A stretch of DNA of 64,000 bases from assembly GCA_964016885.1 (NCBI GenBank), contig OZ024743.1, positions 350,672,001-350,736,000 of the forward strand, given 5' to 3'. This document shows, one piece after another, positions 40,106 through 53,093 of the stretch; position 1 is the first letter of the stretch; each line of letters starts with the position of its first letter. Origin of the DNA: Eledone cirrhosa. Its lineage: Eukaryota. The notes beneath the pieces were generated by a model. The model saw nothing but the letters and a program-made list of their open reading frames with translations, was not told the DNA's origin and did no database searches. Made by a program: the position numbers and the translations under genes.

Positions 40106-40270
40106 ATAATAACAACATTCTAATTTTCTGATCAACTCGAACATCTTTTCCGGACTTTCGCAGTTATCGCTCTTACACTTTTCGCCCGTGGCTTTGTATC
40201 GCTTGGATGAAGTGACCGTTGCTGTGCATACGCGTTCATACGGTTGTTCTTCCTGTTCCGTTTAACTATG

Positions 40271-40322
40271 ACCAGTCCGAGCTGAAGATCCGCTAAGGTC
40301 AAACAATTGTTCTCGGTATGGT
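40271..40322 (+). ncRNA. Degenerate Penelope-type hammerhead motif
   Basis: CCGAG/CTCGG stem I, CTGAAGA, short stem II, CAAAC in place of GAAAC, palindromic AATT loop, GTT triplet. Confidence 0.5.
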
Positions 40323-40424
40323 GAACTAACTATTGTGTTTCTACTTCTACCAAACTCGTCCCATGGACTGAGTGCTCTACCACTACGGATATTACCTTCC
40401 AGTGTTCTACCTCACTCTCTCTCT

Positions 40425-40471
<47 letters not shown>

Positions 40472-40860
40472 AAATTTGTTTTCGCTCATAACATTGTGGA
40501 TACCTAAGTGTATACCTAATAATAATTTAATACTATTATAATATTTTTATATTTGGTTTCTTTGCAAGCAAACAGCCCCATAAACATGTATTAGATGATC
40601 AACGTCATCCTTTTCTTCCAGCGGTAACTGAGAGAAAACAATCGACAATTGTTTCAGAGTTTTTGCTTCTTAACGAGATTGTGTATTCTCGTCACTGCTA
40701 CCCACTGGAACTGCTGGGAATACATAGAGTTCTCAAATGTTTACATCGGCTGATTAGCTTAATTTGCATACTGAGCGATTTACGACCAGCTTTGCAGAAA
40801 ATTATAAACAAAATTTGTTTTCGCTCTTAACACGATGGATACCTGTGTGTATTCGTGGGA

Positions 40861-41482
40861 GAATAATAATTGTTTCTACTTTTGGCACAAGGCCAGCAAT
40901 TACCCAGTACATTACTGGTACTTTATTTTATCGACCCCGTAAGGATGAAAGGCAAAGTTAACATCGACGTGATTTGAACTCAGATCGTAAAGGGACGTAA
41001 CTATGCTAGAAAGCATGGCGTCCAACCCTCTACCGGTACTGCCAATTCACCGTGGGAGAATAATAATTGTTTCTACTTTTGACACAAGGCCAGCAAATAT
41101 CCAGTGCACTACTGGTACTTTATTTTATCGACCCTGTAAGGATGAAAGGCAAAGTTAATCTTGGCGGGATTAATGGTTGGTTGACAGTATCGGTAAAGAG
41201 TCGGAGCATGCTTTGCAGCATAGAGTTACGGCTCTTTGCGGTCTGAGTTTAAATCCCGTCGAGGTTAACTTTGCCTTCCATCCTTATGGGGTCGATAAAA
41301 TAAAGCACCAGTAATGCTCTAGAATAATTGCTGGCCTTGTGCCAAAAGTAGTGTAAGGGAAAATACTCTAGTATGAATTAACAAAGGGGGTTAACTTATG
41401 GTCATAGAATAGACAGTTAATGTGGAAGTCAATGTAGAAGAGAAAACATTTCAAAGTTCAATCAGGACTCGACAATATCTAC

Positions 41483-41578
<96 letters not shown>

Positions 41579-41767
41579 GATAATAATAATAATAATAATT
41601 GTTTCTACTTTAGGCACAAGGCCAGCAATTATTTCAGTGCATCACTGGTACTTTATTTTATCGACCACGTAAGGATGGAAGGCAAAGTTAACCTCGGCGG
41701 GATTTGAACTCAGATCATAAAGAAACCTAACTCAGTGCTGCAAAGCATAGCGTCCGACCCTCTACCG

Positions 41768-41770
<3 letters not shown>
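40861..41770 (-). mobile_element. Cluster of family-1 SINEs (three on -, one on + at ~41175-41350)
   Basis: Match the 36870-37690 copies. The last copy (41580-41770) has an (ATT)n tail and lacks its first ~16 nt. Confidence 0.9.
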
Positions 41771-41811
<41 letters not shown>

Positions 41812-42053
41812 TTTTCTTTATTAACCACAAGGGTTCACATAAAGTAGACATTAAGGACAGTACAGGACAATACAGGACGGTACAAATGGGCATTTCTGCG
41901 TGTAAAAAAACAGAGGTTGAAATAAAATAACAAAGAAAAATTCCCCAATAGGGGGGAGATTTCCGAGGGACATTTGTGGAGAAAGCCCATTAAAAGACCA
42001 CAGTGACCCTGACCACCAGGGCAAGTGCCCTCTCCCAGTTTTCCACCTTTAAT

Positions 42054-45000
42054 TTACAGACACATACTCAGAGAAGGCCCATTCATTCGGGCCATACTTG
42101 CTTCTCTCACCCATCTTTCAACAAAATGCTGGGAAGAGAGCACTTCCCTCTCTACCCTGATTTTCCTTTTCAAATGAAATTTGAAAAAGTTAATCAGGGC
42201 ATCACCGAAGAGGTAAGTGCTCGTCTTCAGCCCTTTCAAACGTGTCCACCATACTATCTCTTTCGCCATGGCCACCAGACAGATAAAAACTGCCTTCCCT
42301 TCCCGGCTAAAGGAAGGGGGCGGGGCAATCCTCACGATGGACTCAGCTGATAGCTGGATCCGTCCTACACGTGACAGCAGGTGTTCGACATAAACCCACA
42401 AGTCAGCAATGCTCGGACACTGGACGAGTGCGTGCAAGACGGTTTCGTCGCCCTGCGCGAATCTCGGACATGCCCGGCTGACGGCACCTCCATGCCTGTA
42501 GAGTTTATCCCGAACTGGCAAAGCTCCTCGGTAGCACTGCCAGGCCAGGGATTTCTGGAAGTTGTCCATAGGCCCCGGCCCGAAAGTCCTTCCGAAGAGA
42601 TTGGCTAGTTGATTTTCGTCGACGCCGAGAGTTTCTCCAAGTACGTCGTCGCTCTTCCCCTCCAATAATCCCCTATAGAACGGCAAGGTGGAGTTTCCAC
42701 CGATCACATTGCCCGATTGGTCGAGGGCTGTGAGCGCCTGAAGACATTCCAGTCTCCAAGCGCTCCCTCTCGGTCTTCGTTTGACCCAGGACTGCAGCTC
42801 CGTCAAGGAGACGAGCTGGAGAAAAACGTGTCTAGCAAACGGCGACCACACCTGATCACCGTCGAGGAAGAGGTGGAGATGTCGTAGCCTGAGCGCGTGT
42901 CTGCGCATCATCAGCCACGGCATGCCCAGCCCTCCACGTAGCGGGTGTTGACAGCAGATGGACCGCCTGACCATCGGAGCGCGTCCCTTCCACAAGAAGC
43001 GAAAGAGCAAACGCTCCAGCGCAGTCAGGCGGGGCTTAGGACAAGGTACGACGGTCAGGCGGTAGTAGATGACGGATGCGATGTACGCATTCGCCACCTC
43101 CGCTCGACCTTTCAGGGATAGCTTCCTCTCGGCCCATTTCTGGGTGAGAGAAGCCACCCTGCTCGTCACCTCGTCCCAGTTTTTGTCCGTCTGGAGGTCT
43201 GGACCGAACCAGACCCCTAGCAATTTAACCGGTCCGTCCGTCCAGCGCCCGACGACGCTGTTGGACGGCATGGACCTGCCTCTCCAGGTGCCGAGCTGCA
43301 GGCCCACTGACTTTTCCTGGTTGATCATTGCTCCTGTCACCGCTTCGTATTCTCTTAGTGTAGTGCCGATCGCCTCGATGTGTTTGGCGTTCGACACCAC
43401 TACGGTAACATCGTCGGCATATGCTGACACGGATCTTCCGCATCCTAGTTCGCGCGGGATCCCCTCAACGTCTCCAGTTTGTGCAGTAATGGCTCGAGAG
43501 TCAATACGTACAATAGGGACGAGAGGGGACATACTTGGCGGACCGAGCGCATGATGTTGAACGGTTCCGAAAGGTGACCGTTCACTCTCACTACAGAGCA
43601 GATGTCGCTGTGCATGGCAGCGATCCAGCCTCTGAAGACGGGCCCAAAGCCAGCCGCCCTCAGGACTGCCGCTAGGTAACGATGGTCGACCCTATCGAAG
43701 GCTTTCGACTGATCTAAATTGATCAAAGACCCACCCGTGCCAGGTTCCCTAGCTACCCTCTCTACGATGTATCGCTTGAGGTGGAGGTTGTCGTGGATGG
43801 ATCTGTCGGGAATGGCGCATGACTGTGCCTCTCCCACCAGACCACCAACGACAAGCGCCAACCTCTTTGCTAGCACCTTGGCCAAAATTTTGAACTCTGT
43901 GTTTAGCAGAGTTATGGGCCTAAAATTATCTATGTTATCCCCCTTGTTCGGATCCTTTCTCAGCAGCGCCACCGCTCCTCGGCTCACAGAGCTGGGAATT
44001 CTCCCGTTCTGTTGCCAGTTGCAGTAGACGTCCGCCAAGAGGCCTCCGAACAAGTTTGGCATTTGTACGTAAAGTTCATAGGGCAGACCATCCAAACAAG
44101 GCGATTTACCCCTTGTGCAACTAGTCATTGCATCCCGTACTTCAGCGGTTGTTATCGGCTTTTCGCAACATTCCGCCTCAGTGGCCGAAAGCCGCGGCAG
44201 TCCGTCGAGGTAGACACTAAAGTCCATCCCTCGATCCGGCCCGCCACTGCCCCCGAACAGTTGAGCGAAGTGTCGCTGAAAAGCTTCACACATTTATCGA
44301 GTAGCATGCGCCCGTCGTGGTCCACCAAAGACCGGATCGTGGCTTTGTTGCCACGACGCGCCTCCGCCACTCGGGCCCATTGAACGGCTTTCGTCCCCTC
44401 GTGTCTGAGATCACGCACCCTAGCTCTGACAACGCAGCCTTCGTGCTTTGCATTGAAGAATTGGTCAAGGGCCAATTTCGCCGCAAGTACGTCGGTCGCG
44501 ATGCCTTTGCTAAGCGCCTCTTCTAATTTTCTAACTAATTCTCCTTCTGCTCTATTTTTCTCTATTGCTAAAGTCTTACTAAACCTAATGGACTCTATTC
44601 TAATTGCTCTTTTCAGAGCAAACCACCACTTGTTGTTGACGATGGCCCCCGTCAACGCCCGCTTAACTAGTTCGCTAATCCGGTCTCTGTAGGCCTTGCG
44701 CGCTGGTAAGGACGCGTTTAGCTTCCAGTAGCCGGGTCCTCGTCTATGAAGCCTATCTAAGTCAAGCACACAGATCACGAATTTGTGGTCCGTGTAGCTG
44801 ACTATCTTGAATTGTGGACAGCCTATGCTAGACCTATCTATTTCCCTACAAAATACTCTATCTAGATATGATCTGGATGACCCTATGCTATTTGTCCAAG
44901 TCCACATTGGTACATTCGGGAAATCCATTCGGTACCTGTCAGACAGTTCAAAACGTCTGAGCAGGTTGGTGAGACTCTTGCACCCTCCTTCCCTATCCAC

Positions 45001-45465
45001 TAATCCCACACAATCCCAGCGTGCATCTAAGATCCCGTTCCAGTCGCCCACTAAAACTAAAGAGCGGGACGTTCCAAGAAAGGTCTCCAGACGCCGGAAG
45101 AAATCAGGCCGCCCTGCTCCTGTCGGGGCATAGACGGCCACTAACCTTAAAGCTTGCCCGTCTCCGCTGGTCACGTCCAGCACCACCAACTTACCTTCTG
45201 GGTCCAGGAAGATGGCCCGTATGGCAAGATCCAAACCTCTCCGAAAAAGCACAGCAACTCCTCCCCCCGATCCCGGACGGCTGGGAGATGCGTACACATC
45301 GTAGCCGCCGAAGATCGGTGCGAAAGCCTGTGCTTCGGAGATTCTGGTCTCGCTGATGGCCACTACATCTATGTTTAGTGACCTGAGGTCGTTGAGCAGG
45401 TGGCCCTGCTTCCATGACGACCCCAAGCCACGCGCATTTATGCTGCCTATTCTGAGTGAGGTCAT
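42054..45465 (-). pseudogene. Unit 1 ORF2 (APE-RT-CCHC), two frameshifts
   Basis: 7-bp deletion near 44295 and 1-bp deletion near 43460 relative to unit 4. Confidence 0.9.
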
Positions 45466-45499
45466 GTTGAAAAGGAGTGGAAAAGATGGGAAAGACCAC

Positions 45500-47517
45500 T
45501 TACCTTACTTCTCGTAGGGGAAGGACGGTTTTTCCATCCTTTTCACTGCTTGTGGCCTCCTCAGGAAGGATGTCCTTATAAATCCTCCTGGAGAGTGCTT
45601 GTCGGAAGTCTCCGATGTCTTTGGGGAATTTTTGTTTTAGTGTCATGTACGTTTTCTGTGTGATGCGAGTGATTTGTATGTGTGGAGGTGGTGTGAATTT
45701 TGGGGTTGTTGTGTAGTCTTTTTCTGTGATGCTGGTGTTGTGTTGGATGTAGTGTAATAATTGCTTGCTGTTCAAATTTAATGCTGTGTAGTGTGTATCG
45801 TTTTGGATGTTTTGTTTTGTTTGCGTTTGTTGTGGGTTTGTTTCTGTTTCGCATTTTGGTGACTTTTGTGGTGTAGGTGATGGTGGTGTTGGGGTTAATG
45901 ATGGTGATGGTGTTGGTGTTTGGGTTGATGGGGTTGGTGATGCTGGTGTGGATGGTGGCATATCTGTCCTAACTCTTTTGTTTCTTAATTTATTTGTTTC
46001 CCTCTGTATTTTGTTTTTGGAGGGGGAAGGAAGAGAATTTTTTCTTTTTTGGTTTCTTTTTTTTTTTCCGGATATCGTTTCCCACTCCTCGTCGTCACAA
46101 TCTGTCTCCAGTTGTGATAGGCCGGGGAGTGGAAAATCCTCCACAGCCGTTAGTTTTGGTTGTGGTGTGGTTGATGGTGTAGGCGCTGGTGCTAGTTCTG
46201 AAGCGTTGGGTGGTGGTGGTGTTGGTTTTGCTGGTGGTGGTAGTGGTGTTGGTTTTGCTACTGTTGCTGGGGTTGTTGCTGTTATAGTTGCTTCTGTTGT
46301 TGCTGCTACAGTTGTTGCTGCCATCTCTGCTACTGGTGGTGTTGATGGTTGTGTCACTGGAGTGGGTAGGAGAGGTGGCCTCAACCTTTTAGCCTGAGGG
46401 CAGAAACCCCTTAGGTGGGTTCCTTCACCACAAACGACACACCTAGGTCTTCTGCCCTCGACAATTACCGTGAGGTGGCTGCCGTCAGTGAGCTCTATTA
46501 CCTCTGGGATCTCCTCAATGCTTTTTTGGTCCGCTTGGATCAGGAGCTCCATCCCAGATCCGGACCAGTTTTCCTGCTTTTCTTTTGCTATTGCTATTAT
46601 TTTCGTGTTGGCTTCGATGCCAGCGAGGACGGCCGCTATTAGCCAGGGAATTTCGATGGCCGGTGGAACGTGGGTCACCCTGATCTTTACGAGTCTCTGG
46701 CCACAATAGCTTGGGACGAGTGTGAAGTCGTCACTTTTTAATGGGGCCATGGAGTGTTCTCTAGCCTCCTCTGGTGTTTCAAAGAACACATCCACGGTTC
46801 CATACTTTTGCCCACGTCTGATGTGGGTTTTTCTTGCCCACACATGTCCCAAAGCTTTTTGGATTTGGGACTCGGATGCCCGTTCCACTCGGCGCGATTT
46901 TACATTTATTGTTCTATACGACACGGTGCATAGGCGCCGATGCTCCATTTTATTAGGTGGGGGGTGAGGCTGACTCTGTACCCATCTTTCTTTACCATTT
47001 GTTTGGCATTTTCTAAATCCTCCTGAGTTACCGTAAATGCTTCGAACTGTTTTGCTACTCTGGCAAAACTGAGGGTCGGTTTTATAATGTCATTGTTGTT
47101 GTTGTTGCTATCGTTATTTGTGTTAATATTAATTTTAGTTTCAGTTGTGGTGGTGGTGACGTCAGTCGTCTTTGGTGGGGAAGAGTCCATTTTGCTTGAT
47201 TTCATTTCGACATCACGAGTTAATTTATTGTTTTCTTCTTTTGTTTCTGTTGTCGCGGTGGTGGAGGGGGTGGTGGAGGGGGTGGTGGAGGGGGTGGTGG
47301 TTGTTGCGGTGGTGGTGGTGGTGGAGGCTTTAACACCTGCAGTCATTGGTAATGGCGGGAAATGAATGTCTGCCTGAGACAAATTTAAAATATTGCTACT
47401 GCTTATATTTTTTTTTGTGTTGGCAAACGTAGTAACATTTACAATGGTGGTGTCGGTGTGAGGCGTTAATTTGTGATGAAGGCTTTCAGCTGTTTGGTGC
47501 AGAGGTGAATTAGCCAT
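45500..47517 (-). pseudogene. Unit 1 ORF1 type A (RRM-like region, CCHC knuckle, Pro/Thr-rich), one frameshift
   Basis: Starts MANSPLHQ and contains CVVCGEGTHLRGFC. One extra base in the homopolymer near 46960 restores colinearity with ORF1-B. Confidence 0.85.
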
Positions 47518-47986
47518 TTTTTTCAAAGAAATTTTTTTTGATAATAATAAAAGTTTAAATTTTGGGCACAAGGCTCCAATCTTTTTGGGTGTCGTTTTCG
47601 GAAAACAATGTATGTATAAACAGTTAACAATAAAATTTTCCATAAATGACAATTTTTAACAAACGGAAATAACAAACCTTTGCGGAGCTCACGATGATAC
47701 GATTTACTACGTAGGTCGCCAATAATAATAATAATAATAATGTTTTCTTTATTAACCACAAGGGTCTACATAAAGTAGACATTAAGGACAGTACAGGACA
47801 ATACAGGACGGTACAAATGGGCATTTCTGCGTGTAAAAAAACACAGAGGTTGAAATAAAATAACAAAGAAAAATTCCCCAATAGGGGGGAGACTTCCGAG
47901 GGACATTTGTGGAGAAAGCCCATTAAAAGACCACAGTGACCCTGACCACCAGGGCAAGTGCCCTCTCCCAGTTTTCCACCTTTAAT

Positions 47987-50900
47987 TTACAGACACATAC
48001 TCAGAGAAGGCCCATTCATTCGGGCCATCCTTGCTTCTCTCACCCATCTTTCAACAAAATGCTGGGAAGAGAGCACTTCCCTCTCTACCCTGATTTTCCT
48101 TTTCAAATGAAATTTGAAAAAGTTAATCAGGGCATCACCGAAGAGGTAAGTGCTCGTCTTCAGCCCTTTCAAACGTGTCCACCATACTATCTCTTTCGCC
48201 ATGGCCACCAGACAGATAAAAACTGCCTTCCCTTCCCGGCTAAAAGAAGAGGGCGGGGCAATCCTCACGATGGACACAGCTGATAGCTGGATCCCGTCCT
48301 ACACATGACAGCAGGTGTTCGATATAAACCCACAAGTCAGCAATGCTCGGACACTGGACGAGTGCGTGCAAGACGGTTTCGTCGCCCTGCGCGCATCTCG
48401 GACATGCCCGGCTGACGGCACCTCCATGCCTGTAGAGTTTATCCCGAACTGGCAAAGATCATCGGTAGCACTGCCAGGCCAGGGATATCTGGAAGTTGTC
48501 CATAGGCCCCGGCCCGAAAGTCCTTCCGAAGAGATTGGCTAGTTGATTTTCGTCGTCGCTCTTCCCCTCCACTAATCCCCTATAGAACGGCAAGGTGGCG
48601 TTTCCACCGATCACATTGCCCGATTGGTCGAGGGCTGTTAGCGCCTGAAGACATTCCAGTCTCCAAGCGCTCCCTCTCGGTGTTTGCTTGACCCAGGACT
48701 GCAGCTCCGTCAAGGAGATGAGCTGGGGAAAGACGTGTCTAGCAAACGGCGACCACACCTGATCACCGTCGAGGAAGAGGTGGAGATGTCGTAGCCTGAG
48801 CGCGTGTCTGCGCATCATCAGCCACGGCATGTCCAGCCCTCCACGTAGCGGGTGTTGACAGCAGATGGACTGGCTGACCATCGGAGCGCGTCCCTTCCAC
48901 AAAAAGCGAAAGAGCAAACGCTCCAGCGCGGTCAGGCGGTAGTAGATGACGGACGTGATGTACGCGTTAGCCACCTCCGCTCGACCTTTCAGGGATAGCT
49001 TCCTCTCCTCCCATTTCTGGGTGAGAGAAGCCATCCTGCTCGTCACCTCGTCCCAGATTTTGTCCGTCTGGAGGTCCGGACCGAACCAGACACCTAGCAA
49101 TTTAACCGTCCGTCCGTCCAGCGCCCGACGACGCTGTTGGACGGCATGGACCTGCCCACTGACTTTTCCTGGTTGATCATTGCTCCTGTCACCGCTTCGT
49201 ATTCTTTTAGTGTAGTGCCGATCGCCTCGATGTGTTTGGCGTTCGACACCACTACGGTGACATCGTCCGCATATGCTGACACGGATCTTCCGCATCCTAG
49301 TTCGCGCGGGACGCCCCTCAACGTCTCCAGTTTGTGCAGTAATGGCTCGAGAGTCAATACGTACAATAGGAACGAGAGGGGACAGCCTTGGCGAACCGAG
49401 CGCATGATGTTGAACGGTTCCGAAAGGTGACAGTTCACTCTCACCACAGAGCAGATGTCGCTGTGCATGGCAGTGATCCAGCCTCTGAAGACGAGCCCAA
49501 AGCCAGCCGCCCTCAGGACTACCGTTAGGTAACGACGGTCGACCCTATCGAAGGCTTTCGACTGATCTAAATTGATCAAGGACCCACCCGTGCCAGGTTC
49601 CCTAGCTACCCTATCTACGATGTATCGCATGAGGTGGAGGTTGTCGTGGATGGATCTGTCGGGAATGGCGCATGTCTGCGCCTCTCCCACCAGACCACCA
49701 ACGACAAGCGCCAACCTCTTTGCTAGCACCTTGGCCAAAATCTTGAACTCTATGTTTAGCAGAGTTATGGGCCTGAAATGTTCTATAATATCCCCCTTGT
49801 TCGGATCCTTTCTCAGCAGCGCCACAGCTCCTCGGCTCACAGAGCTGGGAATTCTCCCGTTCTGTTGCCAGTTGCAGTAGACGTCCGCCAAGAGGCCTGC
49901 GAACAAGTCTGGCATCTGTACGTAAAGTTCATAGGGCAGACCATCCAAACCAGGCGATTTACCCCCTGTGCAGCCAGTCATTGCCTCCGGTACTTCAGCG
50001 GCTGTTATCGGCTTTTCGCAACACTCCGCCTCAGTGGCCGAGAGTCGCGGCAGTCAGTCGAGGTAGACACTAAAGTCCATCCCTCGATCCGGCCCGCCGC
50101 TGCCCCCGAACAGCTGTGCGAAGTGTCGCTGAAAAGCTTCAGACATTTGCCCGGGATCGAGTAGCATGCGCCCGTCGTGGTCCACCAAAGACCGGACCGT
50201 GGCTTTGTTGCCACGACGCGCCTCCGCCACTCGGGCCCATTGAACGGCTTTCGTCCCCTCGTGTCTGAGAGCACGCGCCCTAGCTCTGACAACGCAGCCT
50301 TCGTGCTTTGCATTGAAGAATTGGTCAAGAGCCAATTTCGCCGCAAGTACGTCGGTCGCGATGCCTTTGCTAAGCGCCTCGTCTAATCTTCTAACTAATT
50401 CTCCTTCTGCTCTATTTTTCTCTATTGCTAAAGCCTTACTAAACCTAATGGACTCTATTCTAATTGCTCTTTTCAGAGCAAACCACCACTTGTTGTTGAC
50501 GATGGCCCCCGTCAACGCTTGCTTAACTAGTTCGCTAATCCGGTCTCTGTAGGCCTTGCGCGCTGGTAAGGATGCGTTTAGCTTCCAGTAGTCGGGTCCT
50601 CGTCTATGAAGCCTATCTAAGTCAAGCACACAGATCACGAATTTGTGGTCCGTGTAGCTGACTATCTTGAATTGTGGACAGCCTATGCTAGACCTATCTA
50701 TTTCCCTACAAAATTCTCTAGATATGATCCGGATGACCCTATGCTATTTGTCCAAGTCCACATTGGCACATTCGGGATATCCAATCGGTACCTGTCAGAC
50801 AGTTCAAAACGCCTGAGCAGGTAGGTGAGGCTCTTGCACCCTCCACCCCTATCCGCTAATCCCACACAGTCCCAGCGTGCATCTAAGATCCCGTTCCAGT

Positions 50901-51301
50901 CGCCCACTAACACTAAAGAGCGGGACGTTCCAAGAAAGGTCTCCAGACGCCGGAAGAAATCAGGCCGCCCTGCTCCTGTCGGGGCATAGACGGCCACTAG
51001 CCTGAAAGCTTGCCCGTCTCCGCTGGTCACGTCCAGCACCACCAACTTACCCTCTGGGTCCAGGAAGATGGCCCGTATGGTGAGATCCAAACCTCTCCGA
51101 AAAAGCACAGCAACTCCTCCCCCCGATCCAGGACGGCTGGGAGATGCGTACACATCGTAGCCGCCGTGCTTCGGAGATTCTGGTCTCGTTGATGGCCACT
51201 ACATCTATGTTTAGTGACCTGAGGTCGTTGAGCAGGTGACCCTGCTTCCATGACGACCCCAAGCAACGCGCATTTATGCTGCCTATTCTGAGTGAGGTCA
51301 T
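47987..51301 (-). pseudogene. Unit 2 ORF2, multiply disrupted
   Basis: Deletions of 20, 24, 27 and 30 bp plus small indels and stops. Confidence 0.9.
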
Positions 51302-51336
51302 GTTTAAAATAGAGTGGAAAAGATGGGAAAGACCAC

Positions 51337-53062
51337 TTACCGTACTTTTCGTAGAGGAGGGATGGTTTTCCATCCCTTTTCACTTGATCGTCTGGTGAAG
51401 GGACCGTTGAATCGTCCCTTCGGCTGGACGTCGGCTCTTCTATGAGTATATCCGAATATACTCTTCGGTTGAGAGTCCCTCCTAGGTCTCTGAAATCACC
51501 AACTGCGTTGGGGAATTTCGTTTTAATGTTTGTGTATTGTTTCTGTGCTATTTTTAGCAGTCTTATGTTAGTTGGCGTTTTGATTGGTGCTGGTATTATG
51601 TAGTCGTGTTGTAAAATGTCTGTGTGTTCAATTATGTAAGTCATTAGTTTCTTGTTGTGTGTATTTATTGCCGTGCATTTGTTTTTCTGGCGGTGGGGTG
51701 TGGTTCTGCTATTTTCTTGTCGTTGTTGCTGGGTGTGTGTGTTTTGTTGTTGTGTTTGCGATGTTGGTGCTTGTGGTGGTGGTGTTGAATGTGTTGTTGT
51801 TGTTGGCGGTGGGGTTGTCGCCGGTGGTGATGGTGGTGCTAGTGCGGGTGGTGATGGTGTTGGTGGTGTTGCTGCTGTGAGTCTCTTTGCAGTAGCCTTT
51901 ACCCTTTTTTCATTTTTTCCTCCCTTTTCGAAGGCGACGATGCGCTGCTTCTGCGTTTGTGCCTTCTTACGATCTTTTGCCATCCCTCTCCCACCTCACA
52001 CTCCATGTCTGATTCTGTGAGGTCGGGGAGGGGTTACCAGCTCCACTCTTTCACTTGTTGTTGTTGGTGATGTTTGCACTGGAGTCTCTGTTGCAGCTGC
52101 ATTTGGTATTGCTGTTGTTGTTGTTAATACTTCCACTGCTGCTGCTGTTTTTGATTTCCGTGGCGTGGGTATGGGTGCCACGGACCTATCGTTCCTGGTT
52201 GCCGCTTGTCCTGTTGCTGGTAGCCGTGGAGCCGGTTTCGGAAGGAGGGTTTTTTTTCCTTTCTCAGGGTATTCTCGTTGCAGAAGGCCCTGAGGTGAGT
52301 CTTCGATCCACAGCGAAAGCATTTCGGGCGTTTGCCCTCAACACTTATGGGCAGTTGAGTGCCGTTATCGAAGTCTATCACATCCGGGATAGCTTCGATG
52401 CACTCCTGGTTGGTTTGGATTAACATCTCAATGGAGGTGCCGACCCAATCTTCTCTTACTTTTTTTCTGTACTTACAGTACAGTTGTTTTGTCCTCGATT
52501 CCGACGAGGACAGACGCGGCCAGCCAAGAAGGGGCCATCCCGGGGGGGACGTGGGTCAGTTTGACCCTCACAATTTTTTGCCCGCAGTAGGAGGGCACCA
52601 ACACCATTTCCTCGCTCCTTAGGGTCACTAAGGATTGAGCCTTTGCCTCCTGGGGTGTGGAAAAAAGCACGTCTACGGTGGCATATTTCTTGCCTCGGGT
52701 GATGTGCGTTTTCTGCTGCCACACAGACCCTAAGGCTTTTTGTATTTGAGCCTCTGTGGCTCTTTCAACCCTACGGGATTTTGTGCTTACTGTACGGTAC
52801 GTGACCGTACAGTGCTGTTGGGTTTCGAAAAATTTTTCGGCTGCCTTGCAGATTGCTCTGTGTCCTGTTTTTGTCACCATCTTCTTCGCTTCCTCTAATT
52901 CCTCATTTGTTATGAGGATGGTTTCCAGGTTCTTTGCGATACCTGCAAACGAGATTGGTTTTTCTTTGCTGCTGTTGTTGTTGTTGTCGTCAGAGCTGCT
53001 GTTACTTTTGTTGTTGCTGCAGATACTACGACTACTGCCGCTGCCGCTGTTGCTGTAGTTGT

Positions 53063-53093
<31 letters not shown>

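Larger units (their letters stand above)
39210..40346 (+). mobile_element. 5'-truncated Penelope-like element with 212-bp inverted terminal repeats
   Basis: 39210-39421 is a diverged reverse complement of 40135-40346 and the pair encloses GIY-YIG coding remnants. Confidence 0.88.
41771..47720 (-). mobile_element. Tx1/L1-clade LINE unit 1, full length (type-A 5' module)
   Basis: 203-nt 5'UTR starting GGCGACC, ORF1, ORF2, 3'UTR with AATAAA and an (ATT)13 tail. Confidence 0.92.

Noticed and set aside
46940-46975. Programmed frameshift in ORF1-A
   Set aside because: A single missing base in a homopolymer explains it, and ORF1-B is continuous here. Probably a mutation or sequencing error.
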